From: Paraspadella gotoi
Lineage: Eukaryota > Animalia > Chaetognatha
DNA length: 64,000 nt
Assembly (NCBI GenBank): GCA_051294375.1
Contig: CM119264.1
Location: 16,465,245 to 16,529,244, forward strand
Reading direction: 5' to 3'
Under the pieces are notes generated by a model. The model worked only from the letters and a program-made list of their open reading frames with translations, had not been told where the DNA came from and did not search any database. The position numbers and the translations under genes are program-made. Of the stretch, positions 38,482 to 61,300 are shown piece by piece (the stretch's first letter is position 1; every line of letters begins with the position of its first letter).

Positions 38482-39280
38482 NNNNNNNNNNNNNNNNNNN
38501 NNNNNNNNNNNNNNNNNNNNNNNNNNNNNNNNNNNNNNNNNNNNNNNNNNNNNNNNNNNNNNNNNNNNNNNNNNNNNNNNNTTTATGTATAAAGCTTATT
38601 TATTTATCACTCTAGTATTAAAATTTTGTTAAACTTTCCTTTCTTTGTTAATATTAATTAAATATTTGCATTTCATTTAAAAATTTATTCATTTTTATTT
38701 GTTATGTACTGAAAAAAATTAAGTCACTTTAAGATTTTTTTTTAAAAATTATTTACTGGTAGTTGCAGTCAATCAGAAATGAAACGCCCAGACGTACTGG
38801 CTCTCTTCCTCCATTGTATTGAGCGAGCTTCGAACATTTATACAAACTCGATTCCATTTATCAAGTGTCAAAGGCGCAAAACTTGTGTCTCTTTCTCTCT
38901 TTGTTCCCGATATTGGAGCTGTTCTCTTTTTACGCAGGAAGGGGAGGAGTTGGGGCTGACGTAAATTTTCCCTTCACCCTTTCAAATTTTGTTCTTGTTT
39001 ATTTCCTCTCGCTTTTTTGGCTCATTCCGTATGCTCCTCTTTCCCTCCTTCCCATTCTTGACTTTCCTGTATTTTTTTTATTTTTCTTTTTCCTTTTCTC
39101 TTTTGTTCCTTCATAAAAAGTTCCATATTTTGCACTCGGCATGGTCCCTTCATTATTTATCATTGTTTCGAAAACCAAACTTCAGCGTGTGTATTTTAAG
39201 CGTGGAATACCTTTTTGTCTGATAAAGCATAATCTTGATTCTTGAATCCTTCCTCTATCTCCGTATGTATCTATCTATAT

Positions 39281-39458
<178 letters not shown>

Positions 39459-40584
39459 TTTTATCTCATCTCAATTTGCATGCTCTCCGCGACCCTCGCA
39501 TAAAGATTGTCTTCCGCTTTCCATCGTCCATCCCTCGGATCACATCTGCTGCCTGAGGTTGAGGACGAAGACGTCAAGACACGAGATCAGTCTTAAGCGT
39601 TTCCGTTTCTTGAACCCGGGATCCGCGGGTTCAAGCCCCTCGTGCTCTCTTTGTGATGTCGACGAAAGGCAACATTCAAAAAAGGTTGATGCAACTAGAA
39701 TGACGTAAATGATGACAATTTGAAAACCGCCGCTAAAAAACTTCGCCGTTCGGAAACGCGTAGATATTTTCAATTTTTAGAAAGAGATATCCGGAGCCAA
39801 AACAAACGCGTTTTTTAAGTATAAATTTAATACTATTCAATTATGTCTTGGCTTCGTAATGATTGAAGAAAGATGAAGGTCGAGTTCGAGCTTCTCAGTC
39901 AGAAACAAAGAAAAATTCAGCTTCCGGAATTCATGGCTCGGTTAAACTATAACAACTTAACTAATTTGTACCTATAAGGGTGCCAAAATAAAGCCCTGAA
40001 AAAAAAGTGATTTCAGAAAGTTTATTTTGATATCTTAATAATGTTTAATTTAATCTAATTATATTTTAACGATGAACAGTGAGAACAATAACCTTTTCCT
40101 CCTCCCTCTCTTCGTCTCCTAACTCTTCCTATCTTTCTCCCTCCTTTCCTCCACGTTCCTCCAACGAATAAACGTAAATCAACATCGGAAGGCGAAAAAA
40201 AGGAAGGAAAACGTCAGCGATAATTTTCTCCCTAAAATCTCCATCGCAAAGTCGATCCTTTTCCACCCCTAATCTATGACGCCACTCTGCCGACACCAAC
40301 CTGCGAAGTCCCCTATGTTTTTTTTTCAATCTATCAGACTATTCGCTTGCTCTCCTCGACGAAAACTGGTCCTCGGTCCGACACAATCTGGATCTACTTC
40401 CTGCCCTTCCTCTTTAAACTCTTTCAACTCCCCGTCTATTGGTCGGCACTACCGCCCCCCCGCTTCGTCACCGTCACCCATTCACAACCTTCTGTTTGCG
40501 ATTAACGACTTACCCTGCGACTGACCTTTGGATCCCGGCGTCCGACTTCCTTTCGCTCTCGTTGAACCAAAAAAAGCCATTTTG

Positions 40585-40645
<61 letters not shown>

Positions 40646-41324
40646 GCTCTGTATTCTAGCGCGACGATGACGTAATGTTTGTTTTATTCATTTAGCTAAA
40701 AAAAATTGTTTTATTTTGTACAAAAAGTGGAAAAAAAAGGTTTTTTCCCTTTTGTGTGAAATTTACACTTCCATCAGACCAGCAACCTATGAATAATTAA
40801 TGAATAATTAAAATTCTAAATATTAATTTTGTTCTGTCTTTTGTTTCAAGCAGATGGCAATCACAGTAAGTGTTCAACGAGGAAAAAACAAAAGGTTCCT
40901 AAGAAGTTATAATTTTCAATAAAATTTAGCTATTACGTTCAATATGAATAAAACAGTTTTTAATTTAAAAAAAATTCGTGACGATTTTCTTCTTTTTCAA
41001 TATAGTATTAATTGGGGTAAGATCCTAGTTTGCATAATTTCATTGCAAGTATAAACGCCAATACATATGATTATTTATAATTATTAAATTTTTAGTCAGA
41101 TTCTCAAAATTACACGGAAAAAAGTGACAATTGAAACCGTATGAAACATGGTGAAGCTGATAAATGAGGTTTTCATATTAACCATCTAAACCAACGGCTT
41201 CGTCTTCATTTTTATGACCATCGCAAAAAACGGCAAAACAAAAATTCTAACTATGAGCACCAAATAAAATTTGTTATCTCTCCTAACCATAAATATACAT
41301 TATACAAATTATACTTTCGTTACT

Positions 41325-41387
41325 TCAATCTCTCGTTGTTCGTTCATCGAAGGCGGTCGCCCCTCTTCCTCCTCTTTCATCGTCGCA

Positions 41388-41436
<49 letters not shown>

Positions 41437-44400
41437 GCGATACTCCGATTCCCCGTTATCCGCTGCTTCGTGCTGTTGACTTCGATCTGCAACTGCCGCT
41501 GCAGCAGCCGCGCCATCTCTCGGTGCGCCTTGAAGACAGAGCGGTAGTAAAAGGCGGCGATGAGGACGATGATGGAAATGGCGATGAGGAAGGCGTGGGT
41601 GGAGATAATGCGGACGATCAGGTCGAAGGGCGCCGGCCATTCCTCGATCTGGACAATGGGAAGAGTTTAAATATAAAACGTAAGAAAATCAGATCATAGT
41701 TGCGAAAGTTTCTCATATTATCGCCTTATCATTAATCATTGACTTTACTCTTTATTTATTTGCCATGCTCAATTGCTCATTGCTCAAAACTAAAAAGATG
41801 CCACAAAGATACTCTACTCAAAAAGATTGAAAGTCCCCAAGGAATCTAGAGAAAAGCGGCGAACCTCTTCGCTCAGAGTCTCGAGAATCGTCTCCTCGTT
41901 GTTGCGGAAGGGTCCGCAGGATTTGGAGGGTTTGATGTTGATGATGACGTAGCCGACGACGAAGACGACCAGCAAATACGAGATGGTGAGCACGCTCATG
42001 AAGAGAACGTTCACTCCTTAATTTGAGCATGAATTTGAGCGTTTTCAAGACTTATCATTTTCAGTATATTTTGTTTAATAAAAAAGATTTTCTTACCGGC
42101 AGCTTTGAACATCGCCTGATCAGAAGGAGACGAGGTTACCTGTTTAAGAAAATGTAGCTTAATTAAAAATGCTGACATTTGAGTAAGAATAAAACTGTAA
42201 AAATTTAATCTTACGCGTAATTTAAATTGGTAGATATAAAAGTTAAGAAAAAGCATGACGACGGCAACTGCAGGCATGAAGGGTGAGAAGAAATACGACA
42301 ACCATAGAACCGTCTGTAAGGGCATATGTCATAAAAATAATTATTTTAAAAAAGCACCAAATGTCAAGCACCAAAATTACCTGGAGGTAGACCAAATGCA
42401 AAACGTATCTGTCAATGAGGAACTCTACGTCGCCAATTAGAAAACAGATGCCCCTCTTTCTAGTGGAGTATTCTTTGAACCTTCCAATGCAGCAGAGGTA
42501 TCGCCCTAAATAAATTTAAAGGTGAAGGCAAACTCCAGTTCACAACTTTAAAGAGCATCATTGCTCAATGCTCATCGCTCACCCACTAAGACGCGCAACG
42601 GATCCACGACGAAGGAGATGAACACGAAGGCGATGAAGTCGGCGATGACGATCCTCCACATCTGCTGCCCGATGTAAGTCTCCCAACAGGGGATGCCGTC
42701 CACGTTGACGTTGATGAAGGAGAGGCCGACGTCGTTGCTGGCGGCCGTGGGAGCGACGGTGACGTTGATGGAGGCATTGAGGGCGGTGACGGCGGCGGCG
42801 ACGGGACTCGATTCACTGCAGTTGTTGTCGGTTCTGATCCAAGAGTTGGACATTCTCTCATTCGTTTCTGGACGACATTTGCCACACTCGTCGGGTTCTT
42901 CGCATTCTACTTCGCCATAGATGGACCACAGCAAAACGGCTGAAAATTTATTGGGAGATACATGATCGTTGATCACGATTCATCATGTTGAATCATACAC
43001 TATTTTATAAAAACAAATATATCTCGCCACTGCGGTATCTCACCTAAAGCCATGAGCCTAAGAAAGACAAGCCGAAGCAGTTTGACCTTGAGCTCGACCC
43101 GTGGGTTCCAATCTTCGAACTTGGCCACCTGATCCAAAACTACTGGAATAAAGATGTTGACCAAAGTAATGATAATTGTCGGCATGTAGTTCATGCAGAA
43201 GATCCACCAAGCGATGTATTCTATTGGAATGATAGACTCGCAATTCTGGAAAGCAGAGAGTTGATAGTTTTATGAAAAGCTTAGATAATAGATATTTTAT
43301 CATAATGTATTGAAATATTTAAAATGACCTCGTCTTTCGGCACTTGCTGAGGCGTCCGGTGTTCGGCAGAGTAGAGGACGCTGAAGTAGATGGCAGCGCC
43401 GACAGCGACGAGAAGCGCAATGACGAGTAGGTTGAGCAATAATCGAAACGCAAACCTGAACAATTTTTTGCATTACCAAGGAATCCATAGAAATATCTGT
43501 AATGGCTTACGCCTATGTTTTTATTTCGTCGCATCATGGCAGGGAGACGGCAGAAAGCACAACTGATTAAGAACCGTCATTTTCAAACGATAAGCAGAAA
43601 CGAAAATTCGGTCATTCACCGACGAACGTGACTTTCTCGTCACCTGAAATATCTTTCCCTGGTTGTCTTGTTACGTTCCGCCTCTTCTCGGAGCAACTCT
43701 CTCGCCTCGATCTTGAACAAAAACCGCATTTGCGATTTTTTATTGGCCGCTGCCCTTTTGTTGGTGATGACGTAATCCCAGGATGAAAAGGCAAGTTGAA
43801 AGCACCTGAGAAATATAGCCAACTCGTGGGTGGGGCAAAGATGGCGCTCTAGAAATTTCAGCGCCTTTCTATCGTTCTCCAGCGCGGCAATGGAGAGGGA
43901 CTTCGAACTTTTTGTCTTAAAAACAAACAAATCATTACTCACGTTCTACCTTAACATAAAAAAAGTCGACTCATTTCATGATAGATTTTTGTTAAATAAA
44001 TCTATTTTGTCTTTTTTTTCCCCCGTCAGTCAAACCTGTAATTCGCAGATTCAGCGCGTTCGATCATCTTATCTTTGAGTCCGGAGGCAGAGTTGTAGAT
44101 CATCATTACCAAACAAAATAGCATCCAAGAGAGAGCGACCAATGAGTAGCTGAGCGGCATGTTGTAGTCGCTAGCGATACCCAATCCCTCTGTTAAGTTA
44201 GACAAGTATTAAGTAGTCTCTTTAGATCGACAATAATTACAACAATTTTTTACAACAATATTTGTCGTTTTGGAATCACCTAAAAATGAGTTGTTTTTCG
44301 CAGAAAAACTGTAATTTCCGTAAAAGAACCAGCTATTTTCCATGAAACCGGTACCTATTGAAAATGATTAATAATCTTTAATTAACCAGTCATGCCAAAA

Positions 44401-45834
44401 AAATAGTTTATTTCTTGAAGGGCAACGACTCACCCTGTAAAAAGTCCTGAAAGGGTCGAGCGTAGGCCTGGATCTCGTCCGTCGTGGACCCGTTGACGTT
44501 GAAGTTGTACTCAGAGTCCTGAGCGACGGCGGCGACGTAATCGGACGAGCACTTGGCGACGCGAGTTTCGATCTCGCTGAGGGTCACGTTAGTCTTCACC
44601 TTTGGAGCTTGTTGTTCTATGATGTGAGGAAGTAGGATGAATATGAGGTGAACCAAGAAGATGACGAGGTTGATGAAGAGGAGCCAGCGGATGAACTCGA
44701 AGAATGAAGCCTTCGCCATGCCGTAGCGAACTAAATGAAGAAAATTAACAGTGACAAAGATGAAAACATGAAAAAATTGATTTCGTAAGGCGAATGGTTA
44801 TTGTTATTCCTTTCCTCACCTTCTACCGAACGAATCGTCGATTCCCAAGGATACAACAACGTCTTCGTGTCTCTGCAACAGGCGACGCAGTTGGTGTAGC
44901 AGCCTCCGCGGAGGTGGTCGCGTTGCTCGTCGCTGAGGAATGTGACGCCGTCCGACGCGGGAGTTTTACGGTTCCGACGACGGAACTGTTGTTCCTCTTC
45001 CCTTTGAATAAATTAAATGAAAATAACTTGAGATAAAAGTCGATTTACCGCTTAGTACTAGTATGTCAAAAAAAAATAAACTCACTGCTTTCACAACAAC
45101 AAATACATCAAGAAACAAAACGACCATTAAAGGTTACTGACAACAAAATTCTGAGTTTCGTCTCGTAAGACGTCCTGGAGAACATCTTTTCGCCGTCCTC
45201 CCGCTTCCGCCGAGTTCGCCGTCGAAAACTCTTTCGGATTTGATTGAAGGTCGCGCGGAGTCGCCCGCGCGTCATTCCGTCCGTTTCTTCTTCGTCGAAA
45301 TCGTCGGCTTCGCGTGGGCCGCGAGGGGCGCCGTTTCGGCGGACGTCGCCGTTTCGGTGGGCGTCCCCGTTGGGCATCGTATCCAATGGAATCGCGGAAG
45401 GCGACGCGGGTCTCGGGAACCGCGACGACGCCACCGGCGGAGATCGTCGCGCGCGGGGGGAGTCGAGATAATCCGGGGGCGGGGACTCAGACTTTCGATT
45501 CCAGGCGGAGAAGTTGGTCGATCTTTCGTTGTCGTTGTTATTTTTTCTGTTTGGGTCGGGTTTTCTGGCTCTGTGATTATTGTTTCTCCGGTCGTCCCCG
45601 TTCTGATGCGTTGAAAAATCTGAAATTAAAAAAAAAAAAAAATTGGCTAAAAATGTTTATTGCCTAATTAATTCTAGTATTAAATTATATAAAAATTAAG
45701 AATTAATATTTTAACTTCCTCAATCCAAAAATTAATAAGTCCCTACCTGGGTCGGACGCCCATTCCTCCGCTTGGCTCAACAAGTCCGCCATGTCCTTCG
45801 TCAGAGTTCCCACGGTCCCGTGATTCTTCGCCAT
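41325..45834 (-). CDS. tmc: Transmembrane channel-like (TMC) family protein, multi-exon, probably in the TMC4-8 group
   Basis: ATG at 45834 (MAKNHGTVGTLTKDMADLL). TMC motifs: YGMAKASFFEFIRWLLFINL, FSSWDYVIT, FEDWNPRVELKVKLLRLVFLRL, CWETYIGQQMWRIV, YLQTVLWLSYFFSPFMP, PSKSCGPF. The last exon ends at stop 41325. Short GT-AG introns throughout. Confidence 0.92.
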
Positions 45835-47469
45835 GGCCGCCTTTTGGTCGAAGCCTTTCCGGAACTGCTTATTTGTTTATTTTGCAAAATTTTCAATTTG
45901 ACCCAATGTTATACTAAAAGATAACCCGTAACCAACGAAGAAAGATGGTCTCGATTTTCGACGAAATAAGTTGTCTTTTCAATTGCTGTACACACGTCCG
46001 ATGACTAGGACGAGATAATGATTTTCGAGAAGCGAAAACTCGTTTGACGAGTTTTTTTTTTCTTTTTGAATTTTCAATCGACGTTTTGAATCTTCCGAAG
46101 AACCCGGAGCAGCAAAGAGACTGACGTCTGAGAGCTATTGTATGTCTTGGGAAATCACGAGCAGGAATTAAATAGTATGTGGATCAAGTTTTGCAGGACT
46201 TTTTATGCATCATCGAGTTTTTTTTCGGGATGAGGCTACGAGTTCGCGACATGAATCATATCCATAAATTCAATGACTTTTCGTGCGTAATTGGAAACGA
46301 AAATTAGGCAGAATATTTTCTTAATAAACAAGCCTTAACTTAAGAATAGTACAAACTACAAAGTTTACTAAAAAATTATTATCTAAATGCCTATTAAGAC
46401 TGAAGTATTTAGTTTCTTTTTGACATTTAAAATCTTAGGATTGTAAAAATACGGAGTTCAACCCAAATCTTAACTCAGACGAAAAATGTTTAAATATTTG
46501 CTTTCGCCTAAGAATATTTGATCCACAGATCCTTTTGACAAACATCGCTACTGGAATAATGGTAGTTCTACTAGTTAATAAACATAAGGCGTAGAGAAAG
46601 TCGAATAGTATTGTACTATGTACTATGAGCAGCTTTGTACCACTGAATATTTATTTTAAAACATTTTTCTAAAAAAAAACCCGAACATTTTTTGTTAGCT
46701 TTTAAAAGTTAGTCGTCGTCACGCAATATAGGAATTTCTTTATCGATTGCCTTAACTCACTCAGAGTTACGTGCGCCACCTTTTAAGAATAAATTAAATT
46801 ACTTGACAGATTAACCTTTTTTATACTTTGATGCTCGGTAAACTACTTAACATTTTTACTATTCTTAATTGATTCTGGAGAAATTTAAGCTCGGTGCTAA
46901 TTTTAAATCTTTTTAAGGGCTTTGTTTCCTCTGTTCAGTTCAGAAAAAACTTAAATTTATAAAAGCTAAATTACTTCCTTTTCCGTTGCTGTTTGTGATT
47001 GGTAATTACTAATTAGGTTTCTAAGCTACACGAGCGACGAAGGCGTTCGAATCTTCAGTTTTATGAAGGTGGTGCCGTATCATATCAATTTTAGCTGAAA
47101 AAATAAAAATTATTGACAAGCTCTTGTTAAAAATGTCTTGTTAAGACATTTAGCCATTTAAAGACTGATAAATAAATTTAAAAGTCCCCTTATTATGTCT
47201 TCTGACTTTAGTTTAGATTTTAGCACTGTACGCATAAGTTCTTTTGTTTTATCCGAGAACATTAAAAGAAACACTAGAGTGCGGTAAGAGTATTAAAAGT
47301 GGTGAAAAAAGGGGTTCTTTTGTTTATTATAGGATTCTTGCGTGACATTTCCTTATCTCCCCGAGCAATATACCAAAAAACGCTTCAGAAGTAATCAACA
47401 AATTGACTCTGTGAATATTAAAAAAAGTTCTATAAGAAACACCTATAAAGTCACAATTAAATGACACTT

Positions 47470-47588
<119 letters not shown>

Positions 47589-47865
47589 ATTCGGGGGTCG
47601 GACCCAAAATTGTGTCACTGGGTCGAAGGTCTTCGCGACTTTTCGGAGTGGGAGGTTTTACTCGATAGGCCGGATTTTAATCTAGTTTTGGAACTAAGAA
47701 TCTCCTGTTTCGTTGTTACCAAGCTCTGTCTTAATATCCGTCACCGTCGCACCTGAGACGCCGACTTGGTAATGAGTTAAAATCGTCTACGAATTTTTTT
47801 GTTTATCGAAAACTCATTCGATGTCGATGAGAACAAGGGAGGGAGAGGAGAAACAAAGAGAGAGA

Positions 47866-47960
<95 letters not shown>

Positions 47961-48420
47961 CGGAAAAAGAGCGCTCCGTATGAATTTAGAACTTGAATCG
48001 AGGACATCTTTGATGGCGAAAGCGATGACATGGTTTATTTTCTAATTCGGAACAGGTCATTCAGACATTAGGCGAAAGTTTATCAAACGAATTGACGACA
48101 AAGGAATCGACAATTTCTGAAACAAAACTCTAAGAATCTTAAAGTTAACTTAACGTTCAAATTTAGCGACTTGACACAGAAATGCGCTTCCCTGGTTATC
48201 AAGCCAAAACCAACTATGAAATCTAATCTTGGTGCCCCTTGTCCCTTTTTTATTTCTTTTTTTTTTTTTTTGGTCAGCCATCCTACATGCACTTTACTCT
48301 TGCAGTTTGAAGATTTTTTTTTTGTATTTGTCACTCATTTGAGTCTCGTTATTGCCTCATTATTTAATCATTCACATTCTAATTACCTATGATTTTAATT
48401 TTATCATGAATGATTTTAAT

Positions 48421-55599
<7,179 letters not shown>

Positions 55600-55624
55600 N
55601 NNNNNNNNNNNNNNNNNNNNNNNN

Positions 55625-57935
55625 TTTTAAATAAATTAGCTTATTGCAATTTTACTAAACGGTCTCTGTTAACTTTCGCTTTTTTTGTTTGTAATTTTTT
55701 TTTATTCAATGGGCAGGGCCTTAATACTCTACCGTTAAGTTTGTAATCCTTTGTCAATTTAAAAATCGAGCTCTACTACTTTTCACAACAAAAAAAGTCA
55801 TATCGATCGACTTTAGCTACAATTCTAGGTATAATTGAGTATTTTTGTATTCCGTAACAAATTCTATCGGTGAAAAGTCAAAAGTTGACTGGAAACGCCT
55901 AAACAAACAAGAAAAATAATAACAAAAACAGAAAATTCCGCGACAACGATGACTAAAACACAGAGTAACGACGTCGAGGAAGACGACGACGACAGTCCAA
56001 TCGAAACCCGCATTCCGGGAGGCGAGCTGGGACGGAGAGGGCTCCTCCGCGCAACAACTTTTACGTAATACAATAATGTAGGATGTAGGGGGGAGGAAGA
56101 GGAGGAGGCTGAAAAAGCAGAACGGGAATGCAATACAGGCTTCAAGGCTTCGAATGTCTGCTCTTTTTTTCTCTCTCTTTTTTATCATTTTTTTGGCTTT
56201 TTCTCTTAAAAGATTTTGCCAATCAAATTTTTTTAAAAATTTTTTACGGATTATTACGATTAGCAAACAACTCATGTTCTTCCTCTTGGCACCTCATTTT
56301 TTGGATTAGTACTTATCTACAACGGATGAAATCTTATGGGTAAGTTATGTTATGAGTATGTATATAAAACTAAAAACGTATCATGTGAATAAATTTTGGA
56401 CATTACAAATACCCAAATATTTCTTTAGAAGTAGCTTAAAAGTATTGTCTTTGAAAAACACAAATATAAACGATATTTTTTATTTATCATTTTTTTAGAA
56501 AACCTTATTTTCGCAGTATTCATCATCTTTGCATTTAATTTCCATTTATATTATATCTCCTAAAAAAAATTATAAGGTAATTTTTTGTTAAGATTCTAAA
56601 AACTTTAAACTTTGGTTTTTAGATGAAAATAAATTTCGTAATTAACTTAAAATAAATTTTAAGAATAGATTACGTTTTATTAAATCTAAGTTTTTATATG
56701 CTTACGGAAAATAATAATATATTAATAGATAAATAAATAAAAAATTATCAAAAAACGCTCTATAAAAAACTGACACTATTCATGATCTCCGACCGAATAT
56801 AAATCATTTTCTCTTCGTGCAAATATTTTTTTAGCTTCACGAAAGAGATTCATTGAAATTTCGTGAATATAAATCCGACGACAAATTTTGAAAGAAATGG
56901 ATTAGCAAACATGGGAAAAGAATCTTCGTTGCGCGCGGGGGGGATTGAGAGGAAAGTTTGGAAATTATAGATTAAATTGAAATGAACATTTTTAGTTCAT
57001 TAAGAATTCAGAGTGAAAACGTTAAGGACAAATATAATTGCTATATTGGTAAGAACTGAAAAAAATTACCAGTGCAATCTAATTTCCTTTCTGCTGCTTT
57101 TAAAATCAAATTTAATACATTTTCATGAGAGAATTTTAAAAATAGACCCTAAAATTTAACGAGTCCGTAAATATTCATGGTTTTGCCGTCGCCATTTTTT
57201 TTTTATGGCCGAAGTGTTCTTCATCATCATCGTCGTCGTCGTCGTCGGTGTCATCGTCGTCCCCATTCCATCGGAAATGCCATCGTCCTGAGCTGTTTGA
57301 CCCAAGTTCACGAAGTGCCATTTAACTCGGCCACCTTGATTAAGACGATGATGATGACTTTTCGCGGTTCTAAATTAAAAAAGGAGGAATTTGGATGGAG
57401 GGTGCTGACGAGGACCAGGACCCAAATATGTATATACACAATATACCATATACATATACTAATAAACTAATGAACTTAAAGATATAGCTGAAGTAGTAAA
57501 CGAAAATTACAACTATATATTACTAGTACTACAAAAGAAAAGCAAGTACATAGAATGACGACGATGGCGAGGACGACGACGATGACGACGACGACGACAG
57601 TTTCGGACAGCCCGACTCTTCTCCGAAATCGCCTGACGCCGAGCCTCGATCTTTGGACCGACACGTTCGGACCGACGGGTGACCCGAATTATAAAAATAT
57701 AACGCTGGGTCCAAAATATCCAAGTGGCGTCAGAGAAATCCCCCCCCCTCATTTTTTTACGAGAAAAAACAGTATTATGCATGAAAACCCCTACGTCTCC
57801 CTCGGCAACGGAGTACGAAGAAATTCTATCGGCCGCCGATTTTCGGATTTTGACGGATTTCAAATTCCAACAGATTTTATCTTTTTCCCTTTTTTATGGA
57901 CGAAATTTGCGTCGGTCAGTCAAGGGGGGCGGAGG

Positions 57936-58014
<79 letters not shown>

Positions 58015-58343
58015 TCGCCAGTCGAGACAGATGAAAGGAGTTAAAACTACGAGTTGTTAATTTTAGTTTAACATGACTTTTAGACCTTTTAAAAAATAAC
58101 TATAAAAGCTTAATTAAGCAATAGTTCAATATTTTATTTATTCCTACCAAAAAATTTAAATAATATGTTTCACAATTTTTAATCATATTAATTTAAATTT
58201 ATTAAGAAAAATGGGGTTTGAATCAAAATAAACTTTTCTCTCATCTCCCTCGGTCGTCTGCCTCTGGGGTCGATTTTGTAGGGCAAAGCGCAGTGCCGTT
58301 AGGTAACAGAGATGTGCTGGTCCGTTGAGGAGGAGGAGAGGAG

Positions 58344-58376
<33 letters not shown>

Positions 58377-61300
58377 AGGGGAGTTGGTGGTCAGCAGGGT
58401 TACGAGATGATCGCCTCGCTCCGGAAGGGGGTTTTTTTCGCCGCCCGGAGGAAAGCCGATCGTGAGTGAAGTTGAATTTTAAAACGCTGGGTCTCTTGGG
58501 ATCCCGCAAAGGTGGAGGGGGGAGGAGTAGGGGATGAGGAAGGGGTAGGGCGTTTTGAGAGGCCACTCGAGACTGGGAACCCGAGCCTCAGGAGCGGTTG
58601 GTAGGATCGTCGGTTGACAGGGGCCAAGGAGAGACAATTTTTTGAATGACCGCTATAGGATTTGAAAGGGGAAATTTAAAAAGATATTGATCGAATACGA
58701 AAGATTTTTTCGAACCACGCGCTTTCGTTCAACAAACGAAAGAAGGAAAGCGTTTCAAAAACCAATTTTTAAATTAGGAAATGCTTTGAGTAATTGACAT
58801 CTTAAATTAGTCGTGACAAATAACATAAAACTTATTTACATTAAAAAAAAAACTGCAACAAATTGTCGTCACTCGACGATTTGTATTTCTTTCATTATTT
58901 CTTTCGCTCGCTTTTCTACTATTCTTCCTTTTTTCGTTTCTGTTTTTGACCTTTCCTTTCTCGCTTTCTATTTCAATTCTATCTTTTTATTTTATTAACT
59001 AAATCTTTCCTATTATAAGAATTTTTTTTTTTCAAAAATTTTTCCCTATCCTCTTTGAATCTTTTATACAAAGTCGCACATTTCCTCAGTCGAATTAACG
59101 CGGAAACGAGTTTTGCGAATCCTCAAGAATATTTTTCTTAGTCGTCTTCATCGTCTCATCGTCGTACCCTCTTCGTGATCATCATTGAACTTCGTCAGCC
59201 AATCAGCCATGTCCCAGTTTTACATTTTTTCGTTCCAAATTCTCGAGGATGAATCTCGAGGTCGAAGCCGGTCGACGAGATTTTTTAAGACGCTATTTTA
59301 TGTTTTATTTTAATTCACTATACTAAAATTTTAAGCAGAGAAATCGACTGTGGATTAGCGTCGTTACATAGTGTACAGTTTTTTGCCACTTAATTCGTAC
59401 TTTATTTTTATTCTTTTTAGTCCTCTTACAATAAAAATAAGTATTGCTTTCAAAACTATCGTCAGTAAAATATAAAGGAACAAATCGATCTGGGTCTTAG
59501 TCACGTGACGACTGATTAGAAAGACCTTCATAATGGGAAAAGACGATTAGATTCGTATCGAACCTTCGTTCGGTGAGCCGATGATTAAATTGGACCTTGG
59601 AGATGGGAAAAGATGAATCTGAACGAATCAAATACCGACATTTTTAAAAGGTTCAAATTCGGTTTTCCGAAATCATGCTGACTTTTGCTTTAAAGTTTAA
59701 GTTAAACGACCGATTTCAAGCTGAACACTGCGGATCGCCTGTTCTTTTTTGTCTGAAAAAACCGGAAGCTCAATATTCCACGACGGCGCGGGAAGGAAAA
59801 TCATGGAAATGGTTCTTGAAAAAGGTTGTCCCCTTATCTCCGCCTTCGAAACCGTTTATCAAAAATGGCGAAAAGTAGCCTTTTGTTTTTTAAGAGTCCC
59901 CATGTTGGTTGTTTTTAGTCGTCCGTCGTCGGTTCTGACTCGTCGCCATCGCTCGTCATCATCGCCTTTTTAAAAGGGACGAATAGCGACGACGAATGGC
60001 GACGACGAATTTAGGCATTTGGATCCGGAGTTTAGGAAAATTCGGACCGACGAAAAGACGCGACGCCACCGCCACGACATAGTGGCGGCAAGGATTTCTC
60101 TTTTCATTGTTAGCATCTTTTTCGATTATTTCAGGTCTTTATTTTTTATCAATGCAAAGATATGATGTTCTTTTAGTAAGGAATACTCAAAAAGAATATT
60201 TTTAAGATCGTTCATGAATATACTCTTATATATAAATTTTCCGATTAATCGCTAAAGTCTTTGTTAGTGTTGGACAATATTTCTCTCTATGTAGTGTTGT
60301 TTCAATAATGTGAGAATCTTGATTTCGTCTCAAGGATGCATCAGTATCGCGAGGCGATCATTTCGACAGCTGTTATTATTTAATAATCGGTCAAATGAAG
60401 TCTAAAGAAAGAAGAAAAAAAAAAGAGAAGAGAGAGAGAGAAGAGAGAGAAGAAGAGAGAGAGATGAGAGGAGAGAAGAGAGAGAGGAGAGAGAGAGAGA
60501 GAGAGATTCTCCCTTTCCTCATAGCCCGACTCTTTACCTACTTTTTTCCTCCTCCGTTTTTTTCCCACGAAGGAAGGAGGGTGAGGAGGAGCACGGTCAA
60601 GGCTTTTCTATAGGAGCAGGAAGAGGACGTATTGCCGGAGAGGAGGAAAGAAGGGAAAGGAGAATGAGGAAATGAGGGAAAGGGTTTTTTCGAGGGCGGG
60701 AAAAAAAAAAGGAGAAAAAAAGGCCCGAAGGAGAAAGAGAGGACAAAAGAGGGACGTACGTATTGGCTGTGTCGTCGTAGCCTCTGTCGTCTCATCGTCT
60801 TCAAGATCGTCGTCGTCTCTTCGTCTTCGTCATCTTCGTCGAGGGTGGCTTTGAACAATGAGTTCCGGCGAAGCGACGGAATGGGGGGGGCGTGTCTACG
60901 TGGATCAACGTCGCGATTGTGATGGAGACGTAATTCATCGACGGTTAATTAATGATATATAACAATGAGTTTCAAATAATATTTTCAGGAACAAATTTTG
61001 CCATTAAATAATAATATGTACTGCTTGTCTTTAATAAAAAAAAATAATTCAGTTAAAGAAATAATTTTTACAATTTTATAAAACCTCCAAATCTCTTTTC
61101 CAGAGATTGGTTCCACATTTTTTTTCGTCCGCGACTACATCGTACGAGACACAGGTTTGGGTGTCACCTTCACCGTTTCACCCTGCCCTCACCCAACTCC
61201 CCCTCCGCCTCTCTTCCCTCACCCACATCCCGCTCCGATTCGTCCTCCAGACGTGGCGGCGGCTGCGGCTTCGGTTCAGACTTTGCGTCGAACAAACAAA

